Of a stretch of 63,937 nucleotides of DNA, positions 19,579 to 29,550 are shown piece by piece. This stretch comes from Chloroflexota bacterium (GTDB lineage: Bacteria; Chloroflexota; Anaerolineae; Anaerolineales; UBA4823): positions 1 to 63,937 of the forward strand of contig JAQBDA010000231.1 of the NCBI GenBank assembly GCA_032124675.1. Reading direction: 5' to 3'. Every line of letters starts with the position of its first letter. Position 1 is the first letter of the stretch. The notes under the pieces are model-generated. The model saw only the letters and a list, made by a program, of their open reading frames with translations, was not told the DNA's origin and did no database searches. A program made the translations under genes and the position numbers.

Positions 19579-19660
19579 ATCAACAAAAATTATACAGCCT
19601 AATAGCCGTTCTGTGAGAGTTTACCTGGAGCAATATCCTGCGGAAGATGGCAGAGAATAC

Positions 19661-21835
19661 TCAATTCCTGATCTCCAGCCTGGCAAGTGAGGCTGCCACA
19701 CGCTTCAGACCAATTTCCTCGAAGAAGATATCTACGATCTCATCATCATCCTGGATGCGGCTGTTGAGCACCATGCCTTCTTCCCAGACCGGATGGAAGA
19801 CACGCATCCCGGGGTGGTAGCGGCGTTCGATCAGCGGTGCTGGATCGTCCTGTGGTTTTTGCCAGCGCTCCGAGGCAGTGCTACCTACAGCTGCCCTGCC
19901 ACCCAGACGACTTACCTGTACATCATCCAGCAGATCAGCAGGGATATCGTCCAGGAAGCGGGAGGGCTCAACCGGTTCGGTATACCCATAGGAGCTGCGG
20001 CTTTGAGGATATACCAGGTACAGGCGATCTTTGGCACGCGTAATCCCCACGTAGAACAAGCGCCTTTCTTCCTGCATCTCTTCGGGTTCTTCAAATGACC
20101 GGCTGTGCGGCAGCACCCCATCGACCAGCCCGACAAGAAAAACGCTCCCAAACTCCAACCCTTTGGCAGCATGCAGTGTGAGCAGGGTTGGCACATTGGC
20201 GCTGGCCTCGATGGTATCTTGATCCGATACAAGGGCTACCCGCTCTAGGAACGCGTCCAGCCCCTGCTCCTGAAATTCTGCCGCTAACCTGCGCAGCTCG
20301 AACACATTCTCCCAGCGTTCACGACCCTCCTCACTGCCGTCATCCAGATAGGACTGGTAATCGATATCCTCCAGGATTAAATCCATCAGGACTATGGGCG
20401 GCAGCTGGTCCACTTCTTCCCGCCAGCGCCTGAGATGGGAACCAAAAGAGACCAGGACCGCGGCCGCACGAGCCGGAAAATGATCCGGTTTCACAGGTTG
20501 GTCATTATTACCCATACCCAGCAGCGCTTCCCCGGTAGATTTACCGGTTTGCTGAGCATAGGTACGCAAAGCCAATAAGGTTTTATTCCCAATCCCGCGC
20601 GCCGGGGTATTGATGATGCGCGTCAGGCTGATATCGTCATTCGGGTTGCGCACCAGACGCAAATAGGCAATCACGTCCTTGACCTCTCGCCGTCCATAGA
20701 AACGCTGTGCTCCAACCAGCTTGTAGGGCAGCCCGGCATGTAAGAATGCCTCTTCCAGCAAGCGGGATTGGGCATTGGTGCGGTACATCACTGCAAAATC
20801 ACCCGGCTGCGCCTGCCCACGCCCCACCAGATCTGCAATCGTATCCACCACATAGGAGGCTTCGAGACGATCGTCAAAAGTCTCCATCAGGATCGGGCGC
20901 CGGCCCGTCCCGCGGTCGGTGAATAATTTCTTGCGCACTCGATGCGGGTGGCGGTCGATCACCGCCATAGCGGTATCCAGGATTATCTGGGTAGAGCGGT
21001 AATTCTGTTCCAGCACGATGACCTGGGTATCAGGAAAATCCTCTTCCAACCGCAGCAGGTTGCGATAATCTGCCCCGCGCCAGCCATAGATCGATTGGTC
21101 GGTGTCCCCAACCACAAAAAAATTGCGGTGCAGCGAGACCATATGCCTGAGCAGGGTATACTGGGCCAGATTGGTATCTTGGAATTCGTCGACAAGGACG
21201 TGCTCATACCGGCGGGCGTATTTCTCGCGCACCGGGGGAGTATTTTCCAGCAGGAATGCCGTCCACAGCAGCAAATCATCGAAATCCAGTGCATTGCTCG
21301 CCAAAAGCAGCTCCTGGTAGCGGCGGTAAACCCGTGCAATTACCTCATCCCGGTAGGTCTGCACCGGGAAGTCATCGGGCAGAAGCAGTTCGTTCTTGGC
21401 ATTGGAGATCGCACCGTGCACAGCATGCGGGCGGTAGCGTTTCTCATCCAGATTAAGGTCATCCAACGCCCGGCGGACGACACTGAGCTGGTCGTCGGAA
21501 TCGAATATGACGAAGTTCGATTCAAAGGGGAGATGACCCGCCTCGCGGCGCAGGATACGCGCGCAGGTGGCATGGAACGTACCCAGGGTCAATCCATGAG
21601 TGCTCTCCCCCAGAAGCTCGGACACTCGGCTTTCCATCTCGCGGGCGGCCTTATTGGTGAATGTTACCGCCATGATCTGGTAAGGGCGCACTGCCATGGC
21701 ACCGATCAGGTATGCGATACGGTGGGTTAGCACCCTGGTTTTGCCAGAACCCGGCCCTGCCATCACCAGCACCGGTCCCAACCCGGCCATCACCGCTTGC
21801 CGCTGTGGATCGTTGAGGTCTTGAAGGAAGTCCAT
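19661..21835 (-). CDS. pcrA: UvrD/PcrA ATP-dependent DNA helicase
   Basis: AGPGSGKT, TFTNKAA, VDEFQDTN, VGD.DQSIYGWRGA, LEQNYRS, HAAKGLEF, EERRLFYVGITRA; Tudor-like C-terminus. Confidence 0.95.
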   Translation of the reverse strand: MDFLQDLNDPQRQAVMAGLGPVLVMAGPGSGKTRVLTHRIAYLIGAMAVRPYQIMAVTFTNKAAREMESRVSELLGESTHGLTLGTFHATCARILRREAGHLPFESNFVIFDSDDQLSVVRRALDDLNLDEKRYRPHAVHGAISNAKNELLLPDDFPVQTYRDEVIARVYRRYQELLLASNALDFDDLLLWTAFLLENTPPVREKYARRYEHVLVDEFQDTNLAQYTLLRHMVSLHRNFFVVGDTDQSIYGWRGADYRNLLRLEEDFPDTQVIVLEQNYRSTQIILDTAMAVIDRHPHRVRKKLFTDRGTGRRPILMETFDDRLEASYVVDTIADLVGRGQAQPGDFAVMYRTNAQSRLLEEAFLHAGLPYKLVGAQRFYGRREVKDVIAYLRLVRNPNDDISLTRIINTPARGIGNKTLLALRTYAQQTGKSTGEALLGMGNNDQPVKPDHFPARAAAVLVSFGSHLRRWREEVDQLPPIVLMDLILEDIDYQSYLDDGSEEGRERWENVFELRRLAAEFQEQGLDAFLERVALVSDQDTIEASANVPTLLTLHAAKGLEFGSVFLVGLVDGVLPHSRSFEEPEEMQEERRLFYVGITRAKDRLYLVYPQSRSSYGYTEPVEPSRFLDDIPADLLDDVQVSRLGGRAAVGSTASERWQKPQDDPAPLIERRYHPGMRVFHPVWEEGMVLNSRIQDDDEIVDIFFEEIGLKRVAASLARLEIRN

Positions 21836-21843
21836 CTCAAGCG

Positions 21844-21872
21844 ATTGTACCGTTACGCCAGATGCATGTCAA
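21844..21872 (-). promoter_or_regulatory. Sigma-70 promoter of pcrA
   Basis: Minus strand TTGACA-17-TACAAT, 8 nt before the ATG. Confidence 0.8.
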
Positions 21873-21921
21873 CTTTAAGACCAATCCCAACGCCAACCAG
21901 GCGGCTGTGGAAGATTGGCAG

Positions 21922-21950
21922 TTGCATAGACTCAACCTCTTTGCTAAAAT
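21922..21950 (+). promoter_or_regulatory. Sigma-70 promoter of holB, leaderless-type
   Basis: TTGCAT-17-TAAAAT with TG extension, 6 nt before the ATG at 21957. Confidence 0.7.
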
Positions 21951-21956
21951 TTTGTC

Positions 21957-22943
21957 ATGAACTGGGATGTGCTCGGACACGAGTGGGCCGTTGCGGCGCT
22001 TAAAGCACATATCGCCAACAACAGCTACCGGCACGCTTATCTATTCACCGGACCACAGGGGATTGGCCGGCGAACACTGGCCCTGCGCTTTGCTCAGGCG
22101 CTGAACTGCCCGCAGCCGGTCTCTCCAGGCGAGCCGTGCCGCTCCTGCCGCAGCTGTCTGCAAACAGAAAACATGCAGCACCCCGATCTAGCCATTCTGC
22201 AAGCTGAACGCATCGGCGGGGTATTAAAGGTCGACCAGGTGCGTGAGCTCCAGCACAGCCTGTCCCTGGCTCCATACCAGGCACAACACCGAATTGCCAT
22301 CCTGCTGCGCTTCGAAGAAGCGAATCCCAGCGCATCCAATGCCCTGTTAAAGACACTGGAGGAACCGCCCCGGCATGTCGTACTCATCCTGACTGCTGAG
22401 AGCGGAGAAGGATTGCTGCCGACCATCGTATCACGCTGTGAGCTGCTGCGCTTGCGTCCACTCAAGCTGGAAACGGTCCAGCATGGCCTGCAATCCCAGT
22501 GGCAGGTACCTGAGGAGCAGGCTCGCCTCCTGGCACATCTCTCCAGCGGGCGCATTGGCTACGCACTCAGCCTGTACCAGCAGTCCGAGCTTATGCAGCT
22601 GCGCCAGGAGATTCTCGACGACCACAACAGCTTGCTGTCCTCCAGCCGGGTCGAACGCTTTGCCTATGTCGAAGACCTGGCGAAAGATAGAGAACGGCTG
22701 CGCCAGGCACTGGAGATCTGGCAGTCGCTATGGAGAGATGTGTTCCTGCACGCCTCCGGCAGTGCTGCCCCGCTTGCTAACCTGGACCGGATGGAAGATA
22801 TAGATGCCTTATCCAAGAGGTTTGAGCCTCAGCATGCCTCCCGCATGGTCGCATTGCTGCAGAGGCATATCACCCTGCTGGGGACGAACGTAAACTCTCG
22901 CCTGGCTGCAGAGGTCCTCATGCTGGATCTGCCCTTTTCATAA
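21957..22943 (+). CDS. holB: DNA polymerase III delta-prime subunit
   Basis: HAYLFTGPQGIGR, Zn site C..PC..C.SC, HPD, ANPSASNALLKTLEEPP, LLPTIVSRC. Confidence 0.93.
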   Translation: MNWDVLGHEWAVAALKAHIANNSYRHAYLFTGPQGIGRRTLALRFAQALNCPQPVSPGEPCRSCRSCLQTENMQHPDLAILQAERIGGVLKVDQVRELQHSLSLAPYQAQHRIAILLRFEEANPSASNALLKTLEEPPRHVVLILTAESGEGLLPTIVSRCELLRLRPLKLETVQHGLQSQWQVPEEQARLLAHLSSGRIGYALSLYQQSELMQLRQEILDDHNSLLSSSRVERFAYVEDLAKDRERLRQALEIWQSLWRDVFLHASGSAAPLANLDRMEDIDALSKRFEPQHASRMVALLQRHITLLGTNVNSRLAAEVLMLDLPFS

Positions 22944-23043
22944 AGATCGCGCCCTGATCCGGCACTCAGTAATAGACTTGCCAATTTGAAAACCTGTGCA
23001 CCTGGCATATGTGCTATACTCTACGCCAAGAAGAGAATGCGTT

Positions 23044-25176
23044 ATGTCCATCCTTCGTAAATTTCTGCCAGACCCACCTCAGAAAAGCGAAAATCACACA
23101 ACACGCGCTTCGCTCGAACTGATGTACAACATCAGCCGGGAGCTCGCGTCTGCTCTCGACCTGCAAACCGTGCTGAATCGGGTCTTATTCCTATCGATGA
23201 AAAACGTGGGTGCCAGCAGCGGCAGCATTATCGTTCTGGATGAATATGGGCAGCCGATTGAGTCAGCGCTGGTGATTGGCGAGCGCGTCCACAAACAAAC
23301 TACCCAGCAGCTGCGGGCGACCTTCGAGCGCGGCCTGGCGGGCTGGGTGCTGCGCAACAATCAGCCTGCTCTGATCCCCGATACCAGTAAAGACGAACGC
23401 TGGCTGCACCGTCCGGACGACGATACGACCCGCACCGGTCCGAAATCGGCTGTCAGCGCCCCAATCGCTGCCCGCGAGCAGGCCATCGGGGTGATGACTC
23501 TCGTCCACCTCAACCCCAATACATTCACAGAAGAGCACCTCGCCTTGGTACAGGCAATCGCCGATCAGGCGGGTATCGCAGTGCAGAATGCACGCTTATA
23601 TGCTGAGAGCCAGCGCCAGGCACGGGTGATGACTGCCCTGGCTGAAAGCGCGGCTACCATCACCGCCACGCTCAAATTAGATGATGTACTGCAGAGAATT
23701 TTAGAGCAGATCAGCCAGGCCTTGCGGGTGGACGCCGTCTCTCTGGCTCTGCTCGACCCGAACGGCTCCGAACTGGTATTCCGCGCCTCAACTGGACCCA
23801 AGAGTTCAGAAATCATCGGTCTGCGTCTGTCCATCGGACAGGGGGTCGCGGGCTGGGTGGTGCGAGAGGAGCGCGGCGCGGTGGTGATGGAACCTGAAAA
23901 AGATCCCCGCTTCTATCCCGGCATCGACCAGCTGATCGGATTCGAGACCAAAGCGATCGCCTGCGCCCCTATTCGCTCGCGCGGCCAGGTTGTTGGCGTG
24001 CTGGAGGCACTCAACCCCCAGGGTGGCAGCTTCGATGCAGACGCATTATTGGTTCTGACCGGCATCGGCAGCCTGGCTGGTTCTGCAATCCGCCATGCAC
24101 AGCTTTTCGAGCGCATACAGGCCGTGAACCAGCGCTACCGTGAGCTGTTTGAAGACAGCATCGATTCGATATTGATTACCGATTGGGAGGGACGGATCGT
24201 AGAAGCCAACCGGCAAGCAGCTTTACTGATGGACGTCGAATCCGACAACCTGCTGGAGATGGGTATCAGCCAGTTAAGCATCGTGGAAAAAGAATTCATC
24301 GGTCCTCGCTTCTCAAATCTGACTACGGGCTCCACCGTCTCGTATGAAACAAATATCCACACCCAGTCCGATAAACACGTGCCGGTGCAGGTACATGCCC
24401 GGGAAGTCAATATCGAAGGCGTCCCACACCTGCAGTGGATATTGCGCGACATAACCGAACGCAAGAATCTGGACAATATGCGCAATGACCTGCTGGCTAT
24501 GATCTATCATGATCTCCGTTCCCCACTGGCAAATGTTGTTTCCAGCCTGGATGTCATGGAAACCTTGCTGGGAGAAGACGCAGATCAGACCATCAGCTCG
24601 CTGCTGAATATTGCCATGCGTTCCACAGAGCGCATCCAGCGTCTGACGAATTCTCTGCTGGATATCCGACGGTTGGAATCCGACCAGCCGATCGGAAACC
24701 GGGGCGCGGCATCACCAGCTCAGATGATCAGCGAAGCCATTGAGATTGTCTTGATAGCCGCCGAGAACAAAGACCAGACCGTGAGCACCCTAATAGCGGA
24801 CAATTTGCCCGATGTCTGGGTGGATGTGGATATGATCCGCCGGGTGATGATAAACTTATTAGAGAACGCAGTGAAGTACACGCCTGCGGAGAGCTCCATC
24901 ACCATCGCAGCGGAACTGCAGGATGAGGAGATCCTGGTCTGGGTGCAGGACAACGGTCCCGGAATTCCATCCGAGGATCAGGAACGCATCTTCGAGAAAT
25001 TCACCCGTCTGCACCCGGATGAGGGACCCAAAGGTCTGGGACTGGGACTCTCATTTTGCAGGCTGGCGGTCGAGAAACACGGCGGGCGAATATGGGTCGA
25101 AACACCCGAAGATGGAGGCTCTTGCTTCAAGTTCACCTTACCTGCGAGCGAATCGAAAGAGGTTCCCCGGGAATAA
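23044..25176 (+). CDS. Cytoplasmic histidine kinase, GAF-GAF-PAS-HisKA-HATPase
   Basis: Two GAF-like repeats, PAS ending DITERK, H-box HDLRSPL, NLLENAVKY, DNGPG, GLGLGL. Start likely 23044. Confidence 0.9.
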   Translation: MSILRKFLPDPPQKSENHTTRASLELMYNISRELASALDLQTVLNRVLFLSMKNVGASSGSIIVLDEYGQPIESALVIGERVHKQTTQQLRATFERGLAGWVLRNNQPALIPDTSKDERWLHRPDDDTTRTGPKSAVSAPIAAREQAIGVMTLVHLNPNTFTEEHLALVQAIADQAGIAVQNARLYAESQRQARVMTALAESAATITATLKLDDVLQRILEQISQALRVDAVSLALLDPNGSELVFRASTGPKSSEIIGLRLSIGQGVAGWVVREERGAVVMEPEKDPRFYPGIDQLIGFETKAIACAPIRSRGQVVGVLEALNPQGGSFDADALLVLTGIGSLAGSAIRHAQLFERIQAVNQRYRELFEDSIDSILITDWEGRIVEANRQAALLMDVESDNLLEMGISQLSIVEKEFIGPRFSNLTTGSTVSYETNIHTQSDKHVPVQVHAREVNIEGVPHLQWILRDITERKNLDNMRNDLLAMIYHDLRSPLANVVSSLDVMETLLGEDADQTISSLLNIAMRSTERIQRLTNSLLDIRRLESDQPIGNRGAASPAQMISEAIEIVLIAAENKDQTVSTLIADNLPDVWVDVDMIRRVMINLLENAVKYTPAESSITIAAELQDEEILVWVQDNGPGIPSEDQERIFEKFTRLHPDEGPKGLGLGLSFCRLAVEKHGGRIWVETPEDGGSCFKFTLPASESKEVPRE

Positions 25177-25195
25177 TATTGGTTAGAAAATATCG

Positions 25196-26071
25196 ATGCG
25201 ACAGATAAAAAAAGGTATTTACTACGAAGATACGTATTTGGGAGTAACGCTCGGCGCCCTGGTATTTCCACACGGCACAATCACGGTTGACGCACCATTG
25301 AGACCAGAAGACGCCCGGTCATGGCGCTCTGCCCTGATGAACTTGCGCGGCGGCACAAACCGCCTGATGATCTCCCTTGACTCCCATCTGGACAGGACCC
25401 TGGGGGCACGATCGATGGAGAGCACGATCCTCTCCCACCAAAATACCGCCCAGATCTACCGCAACCGACCATTGGTCTTCAAGGGGCAAACGGTTGAAAG
25501 CGGCGCGGAGTGGGAAACATATAACGATGTCGTCGGCACGCGCTGGGTATCGCCGGATATTACATTCACCCATCAGATGACCCTGCATTGGGGGGGTCCA
25601 GAGGTGATCATCGAACATCACCCCGGGCCAACACCGGGTTCGATATGGGTGATCATCCCGGAGGAGCAGGTGATGTACGTGGGGGATACCATTGTGCCGG
25701 ACCAGCCTCCCTTTCTAGCCAATGCTGAGATCGACGAATGGCTCGAGAATATTGAACTGCTCAATACGACTTACAAGAATTTTGTGGTTATCAGTGGGCG
25801 CGGGGGACCGATTGCAAGAGAGGAGATCCGTGCTCAGGTAAGACATTTGAAGAAGATAGCCAGGCAAATGGAGCGGCTGGCTGCAAAAAACGCCCTTCCT
25901 GAGACGACAGAAGACCTGATCCCCAAACTGCTCGGTGATTTATCCTTCCCAGAGGAATATTACGAAAAATACGCCTTACGCCTGCGGGCAGGTCTGTACC
26001 AGTACTACAGCCGCCAGTACCATCATCAGAACACGTATGATCTCAGTGAAATAGAAGAAAAACAAGAATGA
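25196..26071 (+). CDS. Metallo-beta-lactamase-fold protein with degenerate metal motif
   Basis: Fold pattern (VDAP, DSHLDR in place of HxHxDH, GPTPGS, VGDT, SGRGG). Confidence 0.6.
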   Translation: MRQIKKGIYYEDTYLGVTLGALVFPHGTITVDAPLRPEDARSWRSALMNLRGGTNRLMISLDSHLDRTLGARSMESTILSHQNTAQIYRNRPLVFKGQTVESGAEWETYNDVVGTRWVSPDITFTHQMTLHWGGPEVIIEHHPGPTPGSIWVIIPEEQVMYVGDTIVPDQPPFLANAEIDEWLENIELLNTTYKNFVVISGRGGPIAREEIRAQVRHLKKIARQMERLAAKNALPETTEDLIPKLLGDLSFPEEYYEKYALRLRAGLYQYYSRQYHHQNTYDLSEIEEKQE

Positions 26072-26130
26072 CCGGCTAGAGTGCCGGTTCGCAGGCACAA
26101 TTGGTCGTCTTTCCGGGCACTGAATCACCT

Positions 26131-27267
26131 ATGCCTACCTACCAGTATCTACCCATCTATGAATTGAGCCGGGGAGACATTGTTGAGTCTGTGCACTATG
26201 GGGCAATCGCAGTGGTGAACGCTTCAGGTGATTTGATCGCCTCATACGGTGACCCCTACACGATCACCTTCATGCGCTCGGCTGCCAAACCCCTGCAGGC
26301 CCTGCCATTCATCGAGCAGGGCGGTCCTGAGTATTACAAACTGACCTCGCGTGAGATCGCGTTGGTGTGCGCCTCCCATGCTGGCACAGACGAACACGTC
26401 GCAGTGCTGACCTCCATTCAAACCAAATCTGGCATCTCCGAATCCGATCTTCTGTGCGGGGTGCATCCGATCGCCCATAAACCAACACGAGACGCGCTCG
26501 ACCGGAGAGGCGAGACGCCTACCGTGAACCGCCACAACTGTTCCGGCAAGCACACCGGCATGCTTGCCTTTGCCAGACTGCGCGGGCAGCCTGCCCAAGA
26601 CTATATAAACCCCGATCACCCTGTCCAGCAGTCCATCACGCGAGTATTTTCTGAAATGTGCGGTCTGCCGCTGGATCGGATTGGGATCGGTATCGATGGC
26701 TGTTCCGCTCCCAATTTCGCGGTGCCGCTATACAACGCAGCCCTTGCCATCGCCCGTCTCTGCGACCCGGTCTTGTCCAACCCACCACTCCCGAACAAAA
26801 GGTCAGACGCCTGCCGAACGATTACCAATGCCATGATCGACCATGCAGATATGGTCGGAGGTCCAGACAGCTTCGATACCCACCTGATGCAAGCAGCCCA
26901 GGGCAGGCTGCTCTCGAAGGGAGGCGCTGAGGGATACCAGGTTATCGGCATCATGCCCGCAGCTTTATTTCCCGGATCACCAGGGCTGGGTGTGGCAATT
27001 AAGGTGTCAGACGGCGACTTGAAGAGCCATACCGGATCGGTCAGCAATCCAAGAGGCCAGGTCCGCCCGGCTGTGTCGATGGAAATCCTCCGTCAGCTCG
27101 GAGTGTTGGAGCCAGGTACAGCAGGAGACCTGGCTGAGTTTGGGCCTGAGTTTCCGGTTTACAATTGGCGTAAACTGCTGGCAGGCAGTGGGCGTCCCAG
27201 CTTCCAGCTCGAGATCGAGAGGAACCAATTCTCACCCGGCGAGATCCATTCTCCGGTAGAAAATTAA
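26131..27267 (+). CDS. L-asparaginase II family (Rhizobium AnsA-like)
   Basis: RSAAKP, ASHAG, HNCSGKHTGM, DGCSAP, SKGGAEG. Start likely 26131. Confidence 0.85.
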   Translation: MPTYQYLPIYELSRGDIVESVHYGAIAVVNASGDLIASYGDPYTITFMRSAAKPLQALPFIEQGGPEYYKLTSREIALVCASHAGTDEHVAVLTSIQTKSGISESDLLCGVHPIAHKPTRDALDRRGETPTVNRHNCSGKHTGMLAFARLRGQPAQDYINPDHPVQQSITRVFSEMCGLPLDRIGIGIDGCSAPNFAVPLYNAALAIARLCDPVLSNPPLPNKRSDACRTITNAMIDHADMVGGPDSFDTHLMQAAQGRLLSKGGAEGYQVIGIMPAALFPGSPGLGVAIKVSDGDLKSHTGSVSNPRGQVRPAVSMEILRQLGVLEPGTAGDLAEFGPEFPVYNWRKLLAGSGRPSFQLEIERNQFSPGEIHSPVEN

Positions 27268-27273
27268 CCCATT

Positions 27274-27945
27274 ATGGAACCCCAAGAGTTAGCATTCGCA
27301 GTTCACCAGATCCTCCTTGAGACCTATGGTGTGCCCACCTGGCGAAACCCGCTGCCGCCGCTGGATGAGTTGGTCTCCACCATCCTGTCCCAAAACACGA
27401 ATGATACCAACCGCGACCGTGCTTTTGATTCCCTGCGCGCCCGCTTCTCTACCTGGGAAGCAGTACGAGATGCAGATGAGCAAGACGTCATTGAAGCCAT
27501 CCGCCTGGCAGGTCTGGCAAACCAGAAAGGGCCGCGCATACAGGCCATCTTCAGACAGATCACTGCCGAGACGGGTGCCCTGAACATTGATTTTCTTAAT
27601 GACCTGCCTGCAGATGAAGCGGAGGCATGGCTGCTCAAGTTCAAAGGCGTCGGTCCAAAAACAGCGGCCATCGTCTTGCAGTTCTCATTGGAAAAACCTG
27701 CCTTCCCGGTGGACACCCATATTTACCGCGTCTCGGGTAGGATTGGGATGCGACCGGAAAAAATGTCCGTTGAGCAGGCACATAAACACCTGGCTGGGCT
27801 GTTCCCCGCCGAGGCATACTATACAGACCACCTTAACCTGATCCGCCTTGGGCGGGAAGTATGCCAGGCACGCAAGCCCAGGTGCCCCGACTGTCCGCTG
27901 CACGAGCTATGCGATTATTACCATGCCACCTACAAAACTGAATGA
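27274..27945 (+). CDS. nth: Endonuclease III (HhH-GPD, 4Fe-4S)
   Basis: LSQNTND, GVGPKTA, VDTH, CQARKPRCPDCPLHELC. Confidence 0.9.
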   Translation: MEPQELAFAVHQILLETYGVPTWRNPLPPLDELVSTILSQNTNDTNRDRAFDSLRARFSTWEAVRDADEQDVIEAIRLAGLANQKGPRIQAIFRQITAETGALNIDFLNDLPADEAEAWLLKFKGVGPKTAAIVLQFSLEKPAFPVDTHIYRVSGRIGMRPEKMSVEQAHKHLAGLFPAEAYYTDHLNLIRLGREVCQARKPRCPDCPLHELCDYYHATYKTE

Positions 27946-27946
27946 T

Positions 27947-28840
27947 ATGACCAATCAGCCAAACTCAAAAGAGCACATCCAGAAGACTCTAACAGAACTC
28001 AACGCTCGCCTTTTCGACCTGGCGGCTTCCGCGCTGCCGCAGGAATCCGAAAGCACCTTGCAGGAGGTCATGCGATTGGTGGAGCAGTTGTCCATCCAGA
28101 TCTCCTCCAGCCAGGATAAATTTCAGCAGGATTTGCAGCAGGTGGAGCAGGAGAGGAACAATTATATATCGGTAGTGACCCACGAGCTGCGGCTGCCGAT
28201 GACTTCGATAAAAGGCTACACCGATCTGCTCCGCCAGGGCGTGGTGGGACCCCTAAATGAACAGCAGTTCAGTTTCCTGGATACGATCCGCAGCAATGTG
28301 GATCGCATGTCAGCGCTCCTATCCGACCTATCAGATATCTCTCGAATCAACACCGGGCGGATGGTGCTTGATATCAAGGCTCTGGAGATCGAGAAGGCTC
28401 TGAATGAGGTCCTGCAGAGCTTAAAACCTGCCTGGGCAAAGAAAAAACAGCAGGTCGAGGCAGACCTACCGGCAGGTCTGCCACCCGTCGCGGCAGACTA
28501 CAACCGGCTGCCCCAGGTGATGACTAATTTACTGCGCAATGCGATAATGTATACGCCGGAGGGTGGTAAGGTAACTATACAAGCCAAAACCGAGGGTGAA
28601 CAGCTGCGGATCGAGGTGGTCGATAACGGGATCGGGATGAAGAGTGAGGATCAGGCCAGGCTGTTCAGCCCGTTCTTCCGTTCCGATGATACTTATGTGC
28701 GCGATCAGCCTGGATGGGGGACCAGCCTGCATGTATCCTCGAAGCTGGTTCAGATCATGGGTGGTTCCATTGGAATGTATAGCCAGGCGGATTCTGGCTG
28801 CGTTTTCTGGTTCTCACTGCCCCTGTATGGTGATGGTTGA
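27947..28840 (+). CDS. Histidine kinase with only a coiled-coil N-terminus
   Basis: THELRLPMTSIKG, NLLRNAIMY, DNGIGM, FFRS; atypical G2 box PGWGTSL. Start likely 27947. Confidence 0.85.
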   Translation: MTNQPNSKEHIQKTLTELNARLFDLAASALPQESESTLQEVMRLVEQLSIQISSSQDKFQQDLQQVEQERNNYISVVTHELRLPMTSIKGYTDLLRQGVVGPLNEQQFSFLDTIRSNVDRMSALLSDLSDISRINTGRMVLDIKALEIEKALNEVLQSLKPAWAKKKQQVEADLPAGLPPVAADYNRLPQVMTNLLRNAIMYTPEGGKVTIQAKTEGEQLRIEVVDNGIGMKSEDQARLFSPFFRSDDTYVRDQPGWGTSLHVSSKLVQIMGGSIGMYSQADSGCVFWFSLPLYGDG

Positions 28841-28928
28841 GCAGTGTTCTGCGTAGCTGTTCGGAATCCGATCCAGGGCATACTCCGATGAAGGGTGAGC
28901 ATAAGATATTCAGCTTGTGGAGAGGAGT

Positions 28929-29537
28929 ATGAAAACTCGCAAAGATGGAAAGCGGCATAGGCTGCTTTTATACCGCCGGACGATGGACCGGCTGTGGATC
29001 GCCACATTAATCCTTGGACTGCTCCTCGGAGCGATCTGGCTGTGGTTTTGGGTCAGCGACACCCCCATTCTCGACCCGGGAAATGAGATCTGGCTGCTCG
29101 CCGGGTCGGCCGTTTCCCTTGGCTTTACGTTATTTGCTTTCATATCGCGGCAGGCGGCTTATGTCCAACCGCGCCTGGATCATCTGCGGCTTGTGACACC
29201 CTTCCTGCGTTTGAGCATTTCATACAAGCGCATCCGCAATGTCCATCCAGCGGCTTTCCAGCAGCTTTTCCCTCCCGGCAAGGCAAGCTGGGCACAGCGC
29301 AGCCTGCTGGACCCATTCTATGGTCGCACAGTAGTGGTGGTCGAGCTTACTTCGTACCCATTGTCACCTTTTTTACTGCGGCTTTTCCTTTCCCCGCAGA
29401 TGTTCTCTCCCCAATCCTCGGGTTTTGTGTTCGTCGTTCCGGACTGGATGGCGTTCTCAACCGAGGTCGATTCATTCCGCACTTCCTGGATGCAGGCTCG
29501 CAAACGCCGTAGTTCCAAGCGCTCAAGAGGCTGGTAA
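28929..29537 (+). CDS. Hypothetical membrane protein (two TM segments plus soluble domain)
   Basis: GAGGAG SD before the ATG at 28929; two hydrophobic segments. Confidence 0.7.
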   Translation: MKTRKDGKRHRLLLYRRTMDRLWIATLILGLLLGAIWLWFWVSDTPILDPGNEIWLLAGSAVSLGFTLFAFISRQAAYVQPRLDHLRLVTPFLRLSISYKRIRNVHPAAFQQLFPPGKASWAQRSLLDPFYGRTVVVVELTSYPLSPFLLRLFLSPQMFSPQSSGFVFVVPDWMAFSTEVDSFRTSWMQARKRRSSKRSRGW

Positions 29538-29550
29538 GCCCGGAAGGTTG

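Noticed and set aside
20942-21730. 262-aa ORF antisense to pcrA
   Set aside because: Shadow ORF; the minus-strand frame has every helicase motif.
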